Source: Microbotryum violaceum (lineage: Eukaryota). Taken from it: DNA of 64,000 nucleotides. The stretch covers positions 372,001 through 436,000 of the forward strand of contig LN717261.1 in assembly GCA_001244265.2 (NCBI GenBank). Direction: 5' to 3'. The notes beneath the pieces are model-generated. The model was given only the letters and a program-made list of their open reading frames with translations. It was not told where the DNA came from and did no database searches. Shown here piece by piece: positions 1-16,990 of the stretch; positions within the stretch are counted from its first letter, which is position 1; every line of letters begins with the position of its first letter. Made by a program: the position numbers and the translations under genes.

Positions 1-3000
1 GTCGACTAGCTGGGTCAGCTTCGTTCAATGCAGCGCGAGAAGGAGGGACTCACTGCGAAGGATATCGAGACGACGTTCGTCGATGGTATGCTCATCGAGC
101 TCGAAGCGACAATCCTCGTTGCGTTCGAGCAGGATTTGAGCGTCCTCGAAGAGCGGCGAGACCGGCTCGGCGTTGAGCAAGCGCGAGGTGAGGATGTGCT
201 CCGACGAGAGGGAGTAAGCGACAATGGTTTGGAACCAGATCTCCAGAATGTCATCCTGGAACAACTGCAATTTGAAGCGAATGGCGTCAGTTTTGGTGCC
301 GATTCGTTGATCATCGTGGGGAGACGTGGACTGACCGAGTAGGCATCAGGCTCGTGACGTAGGATCAGGATAGCGAGTAGGAGACCGATCGTGCGTCGAC
401 CTATAGGATCGACGACCCGTTTCCACGACTGATCCCCGTAGCGTAGGTAGCCGCTCCAGTCCTACATGAGAAGCGCCGTAGGTCAAGGCTAGCACCACCA
501 ATGTAGATGAGGGGCACTCACGACGAGATCGTGTTGAACCATGACAGCAACGCATCTAATCCATGTCTCAACAACCTGCTGGGCGTAGGCAACCCGATCG
601 CCGACCGTAGGGCCTCTCCATTCTGTCGACCCAAAAATGTTGGATACCAAGCGAAAGAAAGCCGGAGAGAGCTCGCTTTTAATCATCTGTGAAACGACAT
701 CGTCTCAACACGGGCTCTCGAAAGCTCAGGGAACTTTCGCATCACTCACCTGAGCAAACCCTGCATCCTTCCTCTTGAACAGGTCACGATCGTCGCCGCC
801 CTCCCGGGCCGTAGTCGACTCGACCCCCAGCATCGCGTTCAACGCTGGGTCCTCAAAGTCCATATCGTCGAACATGCCAAACTCATCCTGGCTGATCCCG
901 GCATCGGCATCGGTTGCCGCGAGTGGAGTGGTCGCATTGATTCGAGGCTTTGCCCTGGCCCGTAGATCGAGGAAACAGGCCACCGTGCGGACGATCTCGA
1001 GGCCTATCATGGGATCGAGCGCAAGCGGCGATTCGAGTAGCAAAGAGGTCCATGCTGGAGTAGAAAAGCGCCGTCTCGTCAGCGAGGCGTTTCGTGGGTT
1101 TAGAGCAGATGTGGAGCCGTAGACTCACCGGACCCGAGCAGGCACAGCTCAGGGAATGTGTTCTCGTCTTTGACCGTCGACCTCAGAACGAGTTGGATCG
1201 ATCGCAGAACCATCGTCAGCAGCACAGCTCGATGCCATAGTGGATCGTTGCCTGTCGGTCGGGGCAGATTGCCGGCTTTGCGACCCAGCCCTCGGATGTC
1301 GATGCGCCTTTGCTTCTCAATGTCGATGTACTCCTTCTTGAGCTGAGTCGTGATCGACCCAAACCACATAGCAGCGGGTGCAAGGTCAAGATCATGGGCT
1401 TGGAAGGCGAGCATAAAGTACAGCACGGCGCGCACGTTGATGCGACGAGCTTCTTCATCCACTTGCGCAAAATCTATTATACGGCGTGCTTGATCAAGGT
1501 ACTGCAAAGCCAGGTTCGAGGCGGGTTGAGCGGCAGCGACGAGTCGAGCAAATGTGATGAGGAGACTGTAGTGGTTGACCAAGGTCGAATGGGACCGAAG
1601 CAACTCAGGAGACGCACGGGTCCATGCTTGCGAGGTCATGGGCGTCAGGCGCGAGAAGAGTCGAGTCAGTTGGCGGAACTCTCCGGAGGCGACGGCTGCT
1701 CGTGATGCATTGGTGATGAGCTTGAGCATGATAGAGAGCGCTGTATCATCTTTTGGATGAAGCACAAGCGCTTTCGTCGAGTTAAACTGGTCGGGGTGCT
1801 GTAAGAATATGGCGAAGTCACCGTGGGTCTCGATCGACAAATTCGCCAGGCGGCGAGCGTTGAGAATATCGTACAGCTTGGGGAGCACGTCGCTGCGTTG
1901 GTCAATCTTCCAATTCCATCGATTGACGAAGACGAGACACCGGGCGAAGAGCGTCCAGACGTAGCGATCCCGACGGGCGATGGCCGTGTTAGAAAGTGCA
2001 TGATCGGGACGAGCGAGCGCGACGACGTTAATGGGCTCGAGCGCACGCATTATCACACCCCAATGCGCAGAAAGACGAGGTGTCGAGGTCGAAATACCCA
2101 AATACGAGAACTGTGATATTGCGCATAGCATCATCGTGGTGTAGGACATGATCTCGCCAGCGATGGGTCCCTTCTGAGCGCGCGGTGAGAGCTGCGCAGC
2201 AATTCGCTCCAGCGTGATCATCCACAGGTCAGCTTGGCGCCACGGTATACCATCAAAATCTCGCACCGCGACGCTGACTAATCCGAGCCATACATGCAGG
2301 CTAATGTCGTTGAGCGCGGTCTCGGGCGAAGAAGAGGCGGATTTGAGACCTTTCATCGTCGACTCGACCCCACGGTGGACAAGCCGGTCGATCAATTTCG
2401 ATGCGAGCGAGTGTACCAACTCGGCGGGTTGGGCGAGTCGTATCGCCAGATCGAAGCCGTACCACAACAGCACCAATCGACGACCACTGAAAGCTTTGAC
2501 GTCCTTGGCGACATCAGAAACAGAGTCCAATCGCTCTTCTAAGCGATCGAGTTGCGACGAGATCGATGCCGAGAGCGAAGTGGAAATAACGCTTCCGCTC
2601 GAAATTACGCGACCCAAGAGATGGAGAGCACCACTGCAAGTCATCATTTCGGCCTCGTCACCTTGGCATATCACTTCAAAGACGCCGTCGCAGAACTGCG
2701 GTAGCATCGCTTCGACCGCCTCCGGAGTCATGGCGCCATCGAGTGCCAGTTCGCCCAATGTGAGATGAGTATTGTGAGCTGACTCGTCAGGCGTATGTCG
2801 ACGGAGGAGTGATTCGAGGTGACCGCGACGAACGAAAGAGGAGTCATCGAGCTGAAGACCAACCGGCAGAAGCTCAATCTCAAAGTCATGCGAAAACTTG
2901 CCGAAGGTTGCCCAGTGCTCGTTCTCATCTGCTGGCGCTCGTGAAGGCGCCGCCGCCGTCGTCGTCTTCGTCGCGGTCATCGAAGGGGGCCGAGGAGCGT

Positions 3001-5551
3001 CCCGAGTGACCACGGCTGGCACTCCTCCCATATCCCGAGGGGCCGAGCGAGGAGTCATTTTCTCGATATCGCTTTGTTCGGGTTCTTCGTCGAGGACAAG
3101 GTGTCGACTTGCCTGCCGCGCAAAACTGAAGATGGCGTCACCCGTGTCGAGCGAGACCGCTTTTTTCATGGGCCTAGACGATCTTCGATTGCTCGGACTG
3201 TGTTGGTCACTCGGTCGGGTGTTAGCTTTATTCGCTGTGAGCCCAGTTTGATCGTGTGAAGGGCGATTGCCCTTGTCGTGCAAAGGAGGGCGCCTGTGCG
3301 TCTTGCTCTTCTCGTTCGTCTTCGAACCAGTAGGGTTTCCGGCTTTGGTGTTCTTCCTCTTGGTTCCCACCGTGTTTCTCTTCGCCCTCTTGAGGAACCG
3401 ATCGACGATATCTTCATCATCGTTGACCCGTCGCCGAGATGCGAAAGCGTGTAACCACGACTCGACGGCGTCCTCCTCCGCTTCCTCCTCGGATCCTCGA
3501 CCCATCATGTCCTCATCCTCACCCGACTCGTCTGTAAAAGCATCCCCTTTGAGCCTCAAGGGCCCTGCCAGGTCAAGTCCCGGAATCCTTCTGATTCTCG
3601 CAACCCCCTTAGCCGGCGCATGATCCGACGATGACAGACGCTCGTCATCGCCCGATCCGAAATCCGAGGCGCTCGTTAAACCCTCTCGTTTCTCCCTTTC
3701 CATCGCGACAAGGTCTTTCTGGGCCTTCTTCATGAATACGGCGGGCATCATCATCCTTAGCGCTTTCTTCCGCTTGCCTTGGAGCTTCGTCTTGTCTTTG
3801 GGCGATACCAAAGGCGGACTTCGAGGTGACGAGGACGATGCTGAATTCATGGACTGATCTTCATCCTCTTCTTCGTCCGAATCCTCCTCCTGATCAGATG
3901 AGTCGGAAGATGCCGACATCTCAACCTCCAAAATCCTACAATCGAGAGCTGACTTGTCCAACGCAGACCGTTTCGATCGCGCGAGAAGCGACTTGGACGG
4001 CAGTGCCCTCTTCCGTTTCTTGCTCGACTCACCGACGACAGGAGCGCTCGATGAGGCGGACAAATCCGTATCGTCCTGCTCCGTGGATTCATCCGGTGTG
4101 TGTTCTTCCCCCTCGTTCTTTCGTATCCGCGATCGACTCATGCCTTTGGACAGTTTCCCGGGTATCCGCCTGGCTGCTGGGTGAGCTTGATCCTGATTAG
4201 CTCTTTGCACAGGAGTGCCTCGATGGTCGTTGCCGTCATTCGGCCTGCGTAGCGGCACAAATAATTCTGAAAAAGAACAAAGTCGGCCTTAGGTTCTTCA
4301 AACAGTCTGACAGTAGGCGATCGCCCACCTAAGAATCCCACCCCTCTCGGCCCCATCGCTCGCGTCACTTCCCTCTGCATCCTCTTCCTCCTCCTCGCCT
4401 CCCTCTCAAGCAGAGCCTCGCCATCCTCTGACCCACCAGTCTGTTCAGTTTCCATCCTTCCAGATTCATCCTCGTCTCTCCTAACCATCTCCCCTTCCTC
4501 AAAGTCCAACCACCCCCCTAAATCATCCTTGCCCTTCTTCCTCAACTCCTCCTTTCTCCTCATCATCTCTTCTTTCGTCATCTCGTCCCCCTTCCTGACT
4601 CCGGACACAACTGCACCTTGCCAGCCGTTTTTGAGCAAGGTACGGGTGTAGTGCGCTTGTTCGATCGAATAGGGGTTGAGTTGGGCCAAGGTGCGTTGGC
4701 GCAGTCCTCGACCTGCCGGTTCGGGTTCGGGAGGACGTATTTGGGCTGTGGAATCGGGCGCAGATGAAGAAGGTGAGGATGACTTTGAAGACGGAGAGAG
4801 GGCCGGTAGATGAGGTCGAGGACGGTTTGGCGTTGGAGATCGAGATGGGCGGACGGCATGCGCAGAGTTTGATCGAGCGCGAGGCGAGTGGCGATTCTCG
4901 GAGCAGTCGGAAGGGGAAGGGGAAGAGGATGGGACGATCACTTGCGACTGATGGGCACCCGAGGGCGAGGCCAGTATCTGCGAGAGTGTGCGCGACTCGA
5001 CTGAGATTTGGGATGAATGAATAGACGAGGGGACGTTGTTCGGACTGCCGAGACGGGGGCCTGGTCCGGGTAAGGGTCGATCGAATTCGCGGGTCGGGGA
5101 GGGAAGAGGCGAGTTCTGTTGGAACGAGGAACTGATCGATGGGAACTCCACGGGAGATGTGGCAATCCGTCTGCGAGGCGAGGCCGTGCCAATTCGATTC
5201 GCGGCAGGCGGTCTAACACTGGTTGTCGAAAGGGCCGAGGTGCTCGGACCAGGGGCAGGTGGGTGCACGGTAGAGGTCTCAGCTTGTCCATGTGGAATCA
5301 TCGCTGATCGGGGAGTCTGATGCCAAGCAATCTCACCAGTCAATTCCCGGGTCGATGCTGAACAGAGCCATGGGAAGAGGACTGACCTGAACGGGCTGCT
5401 GCAGCTCGAGATGGTCTGCCAAGGCGGTCATTCTCGCGAGTTCCTCGATGCGTTCCCAGTAGTCTTCTTGTTCGAGCCTGACCGATCGTTCTTCCCTTTC
5501 ACCCGAGTCCGAGGGGGCGACGCTACTGGACCGTTCTGTGGGTGTCGTCAT
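1..5551 (-). CDS. Mms22/Mus7-like DNA repair/replication-fork protein, multi-exon; 3' end runs off the left edge
   Basis: Chain of long minus-strand ORFs (4138-5343, 1100-4258, 726-1043, smaller ones to the edge) joined by GT-AG introns, e.g. 5317-5386. LRQRTLAQLNPYSIEQAHY and MMPAVF segments and a long helical C-terminus resemble fungal Mus7/Mms22. Start taken as ATG 5551 (MTTPTERSS), uncertain. Confidence 0.6.
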
Positions 5552-6151
5552 CGGTTGAAGCGTGCAAGTCATGATCAGGGGTCGGCGCGTCTCGTCGCGT
5601 TCAGAAGCTGTACAACGAGCCGACACGGGTGAAGGTGCCGGCGATTGGGGTGACCACCCATCCTCCTCCAGACCAAGGATGTTCATCGCTCGAGAGCAAA
5701 TCCCGAAGCAGGTGGCGCTGGTGCGAGGGAGGCGTTGCAGCAGGCGACGAGCAGACAGCTCTTCTCGGTCGGACGCGACAGTCGACACCCTCTCACAGCT
5801 TCGACGCGAATCGGGAGGTCCGTGCGCTGGGGGTGCCGTGCGTCCGAGTCGGACTTGGATTTTCGGGTGTGACTATATATAGTGTACCGCGACAAAAGGA
5901 ACCATTGAAACAGTAGATCGGAGCTACGTTGCAGTATTTTTCCAGAAATTGCGCCAATCTCCTTGGTGCCCCTGAATTAAAGAAACTTTTGTCAATTTGA
6001 GCGTCGATGCCAGTGCGCCAGTCACTCATGCCCGCCGACGACGAGAAGTGTTTCTTGACTTTCTGTTCCCTGTCGGGCGTGAACAAGCGATCCGTGCCCC
6101 GTCCCAGTGTCCACCATGGGCAAGCTCGAGTCGCACAGTCCCTTTTGCGAT

Positions 6152-7939
6152 ATGGACAACAAACCCAACCTGGCCAACTTCGAGCACGAAGCACCAGCAG
6201 GCCTGTCTGCATTCTCGAGCCTGTTGCAGCGCTTTCTGCACCCCACCGCCGCCGGCAGTCGCGATCGACGCGACTGGATGTCAAAAGTGCCACCGGCATC
6301 TGCTTTGCCGCCGCGGCCGCGCTTACTGGCCATGAGGGAATCCGCAGCAGCCTCACCCGTAGCATCCACCTCCAGTTCAAACATCATAGTTCCTATCAAA
6401 GCATCTGTGACACCCGCACGCAGTCAGAGTCGTCGGCCTCGGCGCTCGAGTCGCAGCTCCACATCCCGATCCCAGCCGGCCATCACGAGTCCGAGCACAC
6501 GACCATCGACGACTACATCACTTCGTCCCGGTCCAAGAGCATCTCTTCTTTCAAGTCCTCACTTTGAATCCTCTCCCAGCGACCCTTCTTCGGAAAGCTC
6601 ACTCTCGGACCTCGATGGCGAGAACGACATCTGCTACGGCTCCACCGACGACGACAACTTTGCCCTCTCTTCGCGGACCTCGTCTCGTCTCGTCAACAAG
6701 CACAAGAAACGCAAACGTTCTGCATCATCCAAGCCGGCTTTTCCACCGAGTCCGCCGAAGAAACCGGCGACAACACCCGCGCTGAAATTCGCTGATCCTT
6801 CCGTTCACGCCGACTTGGACCCTTTGACCGACTACCTCGTCTCCGGGCTAGACCTGGTCATCTGCGGCATCAATCCTGGATGTCAGAGTGCGAGAACTGG
6901 GCACCACTGTGCGTATGCAAAACTCGTGGCAGCTTGCTCTTCAACAAGGAGCTCACCCGACTCGTTTCATCTCCCGCCTCCAGATGCCCACCCGTCCAAC
7001 CATTTCTATACGTGCCTGCACCAATCCGGCCTCACGCCCCGCCGATTCGACCCTTCTGCCTGTCGAAAACTCATCAAGAAATGCTCCATTGGATTAACGA
7101 ATCTCGTCGAACGACCAACACGCCAAGAGACCGAATTGAAAAAGGATGAGAAGAGAGCCGGGTGCGCGAACCTTCTCGCCAAGATCGAGAAGAATCGACC
7201 TCATTTCGTCGCCTTTGCTGGATTGGACGTCGGCAGGGTCTTCAGGGATTATTTGGTGGCGCATGAGGGGGCTAAGAGAACGTATGAGTATCGGGGTGAT
7301 CAAGAACTGCCACCTGTTGTGCCTTTACCGATCTTGGGATCTTGGATGCAAGCTACGATTCTGACGAAGCCGATTATTTCGTTCCCAAGTCTCGTACACC
7401 CGTCAAGCGATACCGAAGTCCGAGGCCGAAGGTCGAGAGTCCACTTGGGTTGAAGAAGGAGGACACGCATGTCGGTGTCCATACCAAGACCAAAGAGGAG
7501 GATAAAGAAGGTTGACAACTCATGATATCAGGGGTGGACACCAAGATCAAGACCGAGCCCAAAGCGCTTCCCAAAGGTTGGGCCCGGGATTTGGGCCTGC
7601 AACCCGTTATACTATCCTTCCCACCTTACGGAAAGCATGCTCAAGGATCGACGAGGCGCACAAAAACGTACCTTTGGTTGTTCCCTTCACCGTCTGGACT
7701 GGTCAGACTGTATCAGGTGTGTGGGGATGCATACCCTGGACAGCTCTGCTTCGTCGCAGCTCACCCTCTCGGCGACGTCTTTGCAGCTTCCGGACAAGAC
7801 CGATATGCATGTTCGACTACGAGAAACAATTCAAGCTGTCAAGAGAGGCGAGGACCCCTTCGCGCACTTTCGACGCGCAGGAGGGGAGGTGCATGAGTAT
7901 CTTGCTGAGATGATCATGGGTGGGGAAGAGTTGGCATGA
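6152..7939 (+). CDS. G:T/G:U mismatch-specific DNA glycosylase (TDG/MUG family, UDG family 2); possibly disrupted
   Basis: LVICGINPG catalytic motif; HHYAHPSNHFY after removing intron 6909-6983; IGLTNLVERPT; C-terminal FPSPSG motif at ~7680. Frame switch near 7300 and in-frame TGA at 7513-7515. Confidence 0.85.
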
Positions 7940-8102
7940 GTTTCACCTGCTTGCATTGGTGCATCCTTTGTTGTATGCTCTTGGACTACTATCATAGCTC
8001 TGCAATCTTGTCTGATTGTTATCATTAAGCAATTGCAATGCTTGGTGCTTCGAAAGGCCTTCTTTGCACATGCTACATCCAGGGACCATCTTACTCGCCC
8101 GA

Positions 8103-10517
8103 TCAATGCCCAGTCGAAGTCGACGCCCCTGCATCCGAACCTCTGTCATCCTTATTAGTCGTAAACTTGAAGCTAATCGGTCCTACGGGCGGCTTGAGCT
8201 CCTCCCCCCCACTCAGCAACCCATCCGAATTGATCGGATCAAACGCCCCCGACGCATTGCCGAATCCAAACAATCTCGCATCAAATTGCGCGGCGGATTG
8301 GTCGTTCGCGATCTGGTTGAAAAGGTCATTCGTCGAGGTCGTCATCGCTTGATCGACTAGATTCAATGCGGTTGATTCGAGTTGGTCCAGGGGGATCCCG
8401 TTTGCCACTAACATATCGGCGACTGCTTGAGGGAGACTCGCGACGGAGGCTTCGCGACTGATGGAAGGGTATCGGACCCCACCGCCACCCATGAAGGTGA
8501 TGGAATCACGATGCATCGTCAAGAGGGGACTGTCAGCGGGTGAGAGATACGCAGGTGTCGACCACGTCCCCGTCGATGGTCCGGGCGTAGGCATCGTCGC
8601 AGGTGCCGGACTGCCGACAACGCTCGCACTCCCCGCCCGACCAAGCTTAAGCTTGATCCCACTGGCCGCTGGAGTCGACGTCCCTTCAGTCCCTCCTGCC
8701 GATCCTATCCCCCCCACCGTCCCACTTCCGAGACCCTCGTCGTCTCGAACGGATAGCCGTTGATCGGGCCTTCGCACGGGCCAGTCGACATTCAAAGCGA
8801 TGATCGACGTTTGTCCAACGTACTCGTAATCAAGAGCCTCCCCCTTGGGGCCCAAAGGACCAGGGGGGCCGATGCGCGTAAGTCGAGAGTAGATGGCGAG
8901 GTTGTTGTTCGTTTCGCTCGGTTTGAAGAGTTGATCCTTGGCGCGAGCGAGCGTCGTCGGCACACGGGGGTGAGGAACAGGAGCAGCAAGATGAGTACCG
9001 GCCGCACCGTGGTGATAGGGGACCGGAACGGTAGCCGTATGGGGTAGACCGGTGTTGAAAGGATGAATCGCTGCTGTTGTGGCCGTCTCGGGCAAATATC
9101 CTGGCGGCCGGATCGGTTGTCGTGTCCAGGGCATCGGCAATAGTCCAAACAGCGAGTCCACGCCGGCGATGGAAAGATCGGGGTGCAGACCAATAACGGC
9201 TGCCGCCCTTCGCCGATCGAGATTGGGTCGTCGATAGGTGGGCATGTGAGAGATCTCGGGTAGGGCCGTGCGGTACGCATCGCGCGAATCGAGCGCCGAC
9301 GGAAGCGGCGAGACGGCTCGACGACGTCGTTTTGTCGACCGAGGGAGTAGAGGCTCGTCCTCTTGCATCGTAGGCGAGAGCGGGGGTGGGGAAAGAGGGG
9401 GTAGGTGACTGATGGGGTGCATGTCGGACAGCATCGACGTGTTGTAAGGGATGGGGGCGCTCCAGGGGTCGCCTCCTGCAGCGTACTGGGCGCCTCGCGG
9501 CCGACCGTCCCACGCCGAGTCTGCTTGTTCACGCCGACTTCTCACGGCCAACGGAGCTTCCCTCTGCCTCTCCATTCCCGGGAACGGTGGTAGAAATTCG
9601 AGCACCCACGGCGGGATCAGCGACGGATCCCTCCACGCAAGCGCTATATCCTCGTCCACCGGTTCCTGCTGCTCCTCTGCGGCGGCGTACATTCCTCCCC
9701 TCCCCAACATAAGCAGATTGAGCATGTCAATCTCCTTTTCCAAATCAAAGGCCGGATCTTGATCCCACGCATCGAGAAAGAGCGAATGTCCGACGTCGGG
9801 CTCTTGCTTGACAAGGGTGAAGGAAGGGTTCGATCGATGGCCATTCTTGACGGGCGAAGTCGATGCCTTGACGTGCTGAGGGGAGCTCTCGAGCTCCGAA
9901 TCATCTGAAGGGGGCGAGTCGATTGAAGTAGGCATGAGATCGGGGAGATGGTGCAAGGTGTGTAGCTCGATCGGGTGCAACACGTCATACGCGAGCTGAG
10001 CGATCGGAGGCAGCGGCAGTGCCACATCGAGATGTTCTGTGGGAGCACAATCAGCGAGATCAGCGCCGCAGTCTTGTATTCGGTGGGTGTAAGGAGGTGA
10101 CACATGTGTCGTGGCCAGATGCACGGTGGAGTCTGCGATGAGTCTGCGATGGGATGCGATGACCGGTGACTGACCTGCGAGCTCGTGCGCGACTTGGGGT
10201 ATCCGCAACCGGTCATCCTCTGTAGGTGGTGATCTGGGCTTCACCGCCTCGTCCATAAGTTCATAGATTGGTCCGACGCCGAAGTCGTCCATGGTAGCCC
10301 CGATATCCCACACCGAGACCTTGTCCCTTCCGGCGAGCTCGGCGCGTGCCTTGGCTGAGCTCGCGAGCAGCCCCAGATAGTCCTGCAGCAGGTCCGAGAG
10401 GGTGTGGATCGGGAGAGAACGAGCATGGGTGAAGGAAGGTACGGCCTGGGCAACGAGCTGCAGTGTCGAGAAGTGTAGCAGCTGACGGGGGAGCTGGGAA
10501 GGGTCGAAGCGTTCCAT
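8103..10517 (-). CDS. TAF8-like protein (N-terminal BTP histone fold, then proline-rich FLPPFP motif)
   Basis: HTLSDLLQDYLGLLASSAKARAELAGR..VSVWDI resembles the bromodomain-associated (BTP) fold; IPPWVLEFLPPFP resembles the TAF8 C-terminal motif. ATG at 10517; probable in-frame intron ~10046-10175. Confidence 0.65.
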   Translation of the reverse strand: MERFDPSQLPRQLLHFSTLQLVAQAVPSFTHARSLPIHTLSDLLQDYLGLLASSAKARAELAGRDKVSVWDIGATMDDFGVGPIYELMDEAVKPRSPPTEDDRLRIPQVAHELAGQSPVIASHRRLIADSTVHLATTHVSPPYTHRIQDCGADLADCAPTEHLDVALPLPPIAQLAYDVLHPIELHTLHHLPDLMPTSIDSPPSDDSELESSPQHVKASTSPVKNGHRSNPSFTLVKQEPDVGHSLFLDAWDQDPAFDLEKEIDMLNLLMLGRGGMYAAAEEQQEPVDEDIALAWRDPSLIPPWVLEFLPPFPGMERQREAPLAVRSRREQADSAWDGRPRGAQYAAGGDPWSAPIPYNTSMLSDMHPISHLPPLSPPPLSPTMQEDEPLLPRSTKRRRRAVSPLPSALDSRDAYRTALPEISHMPTYRRPNLDRRRAAAVIGLHPDLSIAGVDSLFGLLPMPWTRQPIRPPGYLPETATTAAIHPFNTGLPHTATVPVPYHHGAAGTHLAAPVPHPRVPTTLARAKDQLFKPSETNNNLAIYSRLTRIGPPGPLGPKGEALDYEYVGQTSIIALNVDWPVRRPDQRLSVRDDEGLGSGTVGGIGSAGGTEGTSTPAASGIKLKLGRAGSASVVGSPAPATMPTPGPSTGTWSTPAYLSPADSPLLTMHRDSITFMGGGGVRYPSISREASVASLPQAVADMLVANGIPLDQLESTALNLVDQAMTTSTNDLFNQIANDQSAAQFDARLFGFGNASGAFDPINSDGLLSGGEELKPPVGPISFKFTTNKDDRGSDAGASTSTGH

Positions 10518-12175
10518 CGCGCACACACACGCCCGGCTTGGCGCTGCTGCTGCGGTTGAGGGTCGACACCACCACTTTACCCTACAGCTGTGGCTGCTTT
10601 GTACCAACCTTGATTGCTTGGTATTCAAGGGTGGGTCGAAGCGACCGATCACGTGCCAGAGCAAGAGGTTGGAGACTCGAGGCGCGGCTGCGTCCACTTC
10701 AAGCTTCAAGTCACGATGGGTTGGCCGCCCCCCTGGGGGTGGCGCGCATGCGCTTAGAGTGGAGTAGGCGAGAGAAATGCCTGTCACTGTTCGCTTCTGC
10801 ACCTTATTTGTTTCGCTCGAACGGCAGTGCTTATTGCCTCTACACTCGCGAAACTTTTCGACCCTATTGTTACCGGCAATGACGACTGCTTCGAGCTCAA
10901 CCAATGACCACGCCGCGCTCTCGTCTACAGAGTCGCCGGCGGCAACTATCGGTGGCGCCGCGGGCGTGCACGTGGCCCCGCTATTGCCCCCGATGCAACT
11001 TTCCGGCGCCCCAGACACGACGGCGGGTACTACTTACGATGGCGCCTTGTTCGGCATCTCTGCCGAAACGATCAAGTGGGCGAAGGATCGCAAGGATCCT
11101 CCGATGTCGTGTCTGTCACGACACCAACAAGTCAAGTGAGTCTGCATTATGGTGTGGGTTTCAAAGCGCGGATGGAGGCGGGTCTGGTCTTCGACGGCTG
11201 CCTGCCGCGCACACAAAGGCAGGATCCGGCAGGACGCGCGCTATTCTTACGTGCTCCTCATAAAGGAAGCGGTCGATTCGATGACGGCCTCGATCATTGT
11301 CGGAGGCGCACAGTCGCCTTCGGAGATGTTTGACCGGCACTTCGAGTCCGTTGCGATGCGGACCTGTGACTCGAATTGGTTCATCATGAGGAAATACGAC
11401 TCGACGGTTCGTTCTTTGTGGTGGTCGGGGTTCAAGGTCTCGAAGATAAAGGTTTTCGGACCCTTCGACCAGTCGATCATGGCTCAGGTCTCGGCTGCCC
11501 TCAACGTCGCCATGACGTGGGCTGAGCTCGCGGCCGAGCACCAGTCGTCGTGTGCCCGGGCGATGGAGCGCCCGGTGGACAATCTCATCGAGGTGCGTGG
11601 CCGCATTCAAGCCATGGAGGAGGCAACGCTGGGGGGCGAGGATTGGAAGCCGATTCTTCCTCAAACCTGTAGCGGTTGCGCGTGCAGTGGTAGTCGTAAC
11701 TTCGGTAGTTCCGCTCAGCGCTGTGCCGAGGGCGGCAGCCTGCAACAACTATAACAGTTGGCGCGTCTGTATCACCAACCTTTCCCCACTCTTGTGTCGT
11801 GCCGTCACTTCCGCCTCACGTCCGCGTACGTGTAGATGCCCGGTCCCTACGGGCTCTGTGGCCCTTTCTGAGGTCGTTACCTCTCAGGCATTGCGTCGAG
11901 TGCCTCCGTTCTCTGGTTCAGGGGTCGAATTCCCCACCGCTCGCGCTTTCTCACGTCCGCGTACGTGTAGATGCCCGGTCCCGACGGACCGGCTGGGCGT
12001 TGCCCCTTCCTGCGCAGCCGATCGCTGACGTGCTGGATTTGAATTTTCCAGACGCGCTAAGCGCTGCTCCGGCGGACCCTCCGAGCATCACCGAACTGCC
12101 CATGCACAGGGTGGGCAGAGCTTCACTCGAACCTGTCGCGGCCGGCAGCAAAGAAGACGTCCCGTTCGTGCCTTC

Positions 12176-16990
<4,815 letters not shown>

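Noticed and set aside
10518..11018. N-terminal extension of the 971-aa ORF
   Set aside because: Non-ATG start, and it is antisense to the YR element gag. The recognisable domain begins at ATG 10517.
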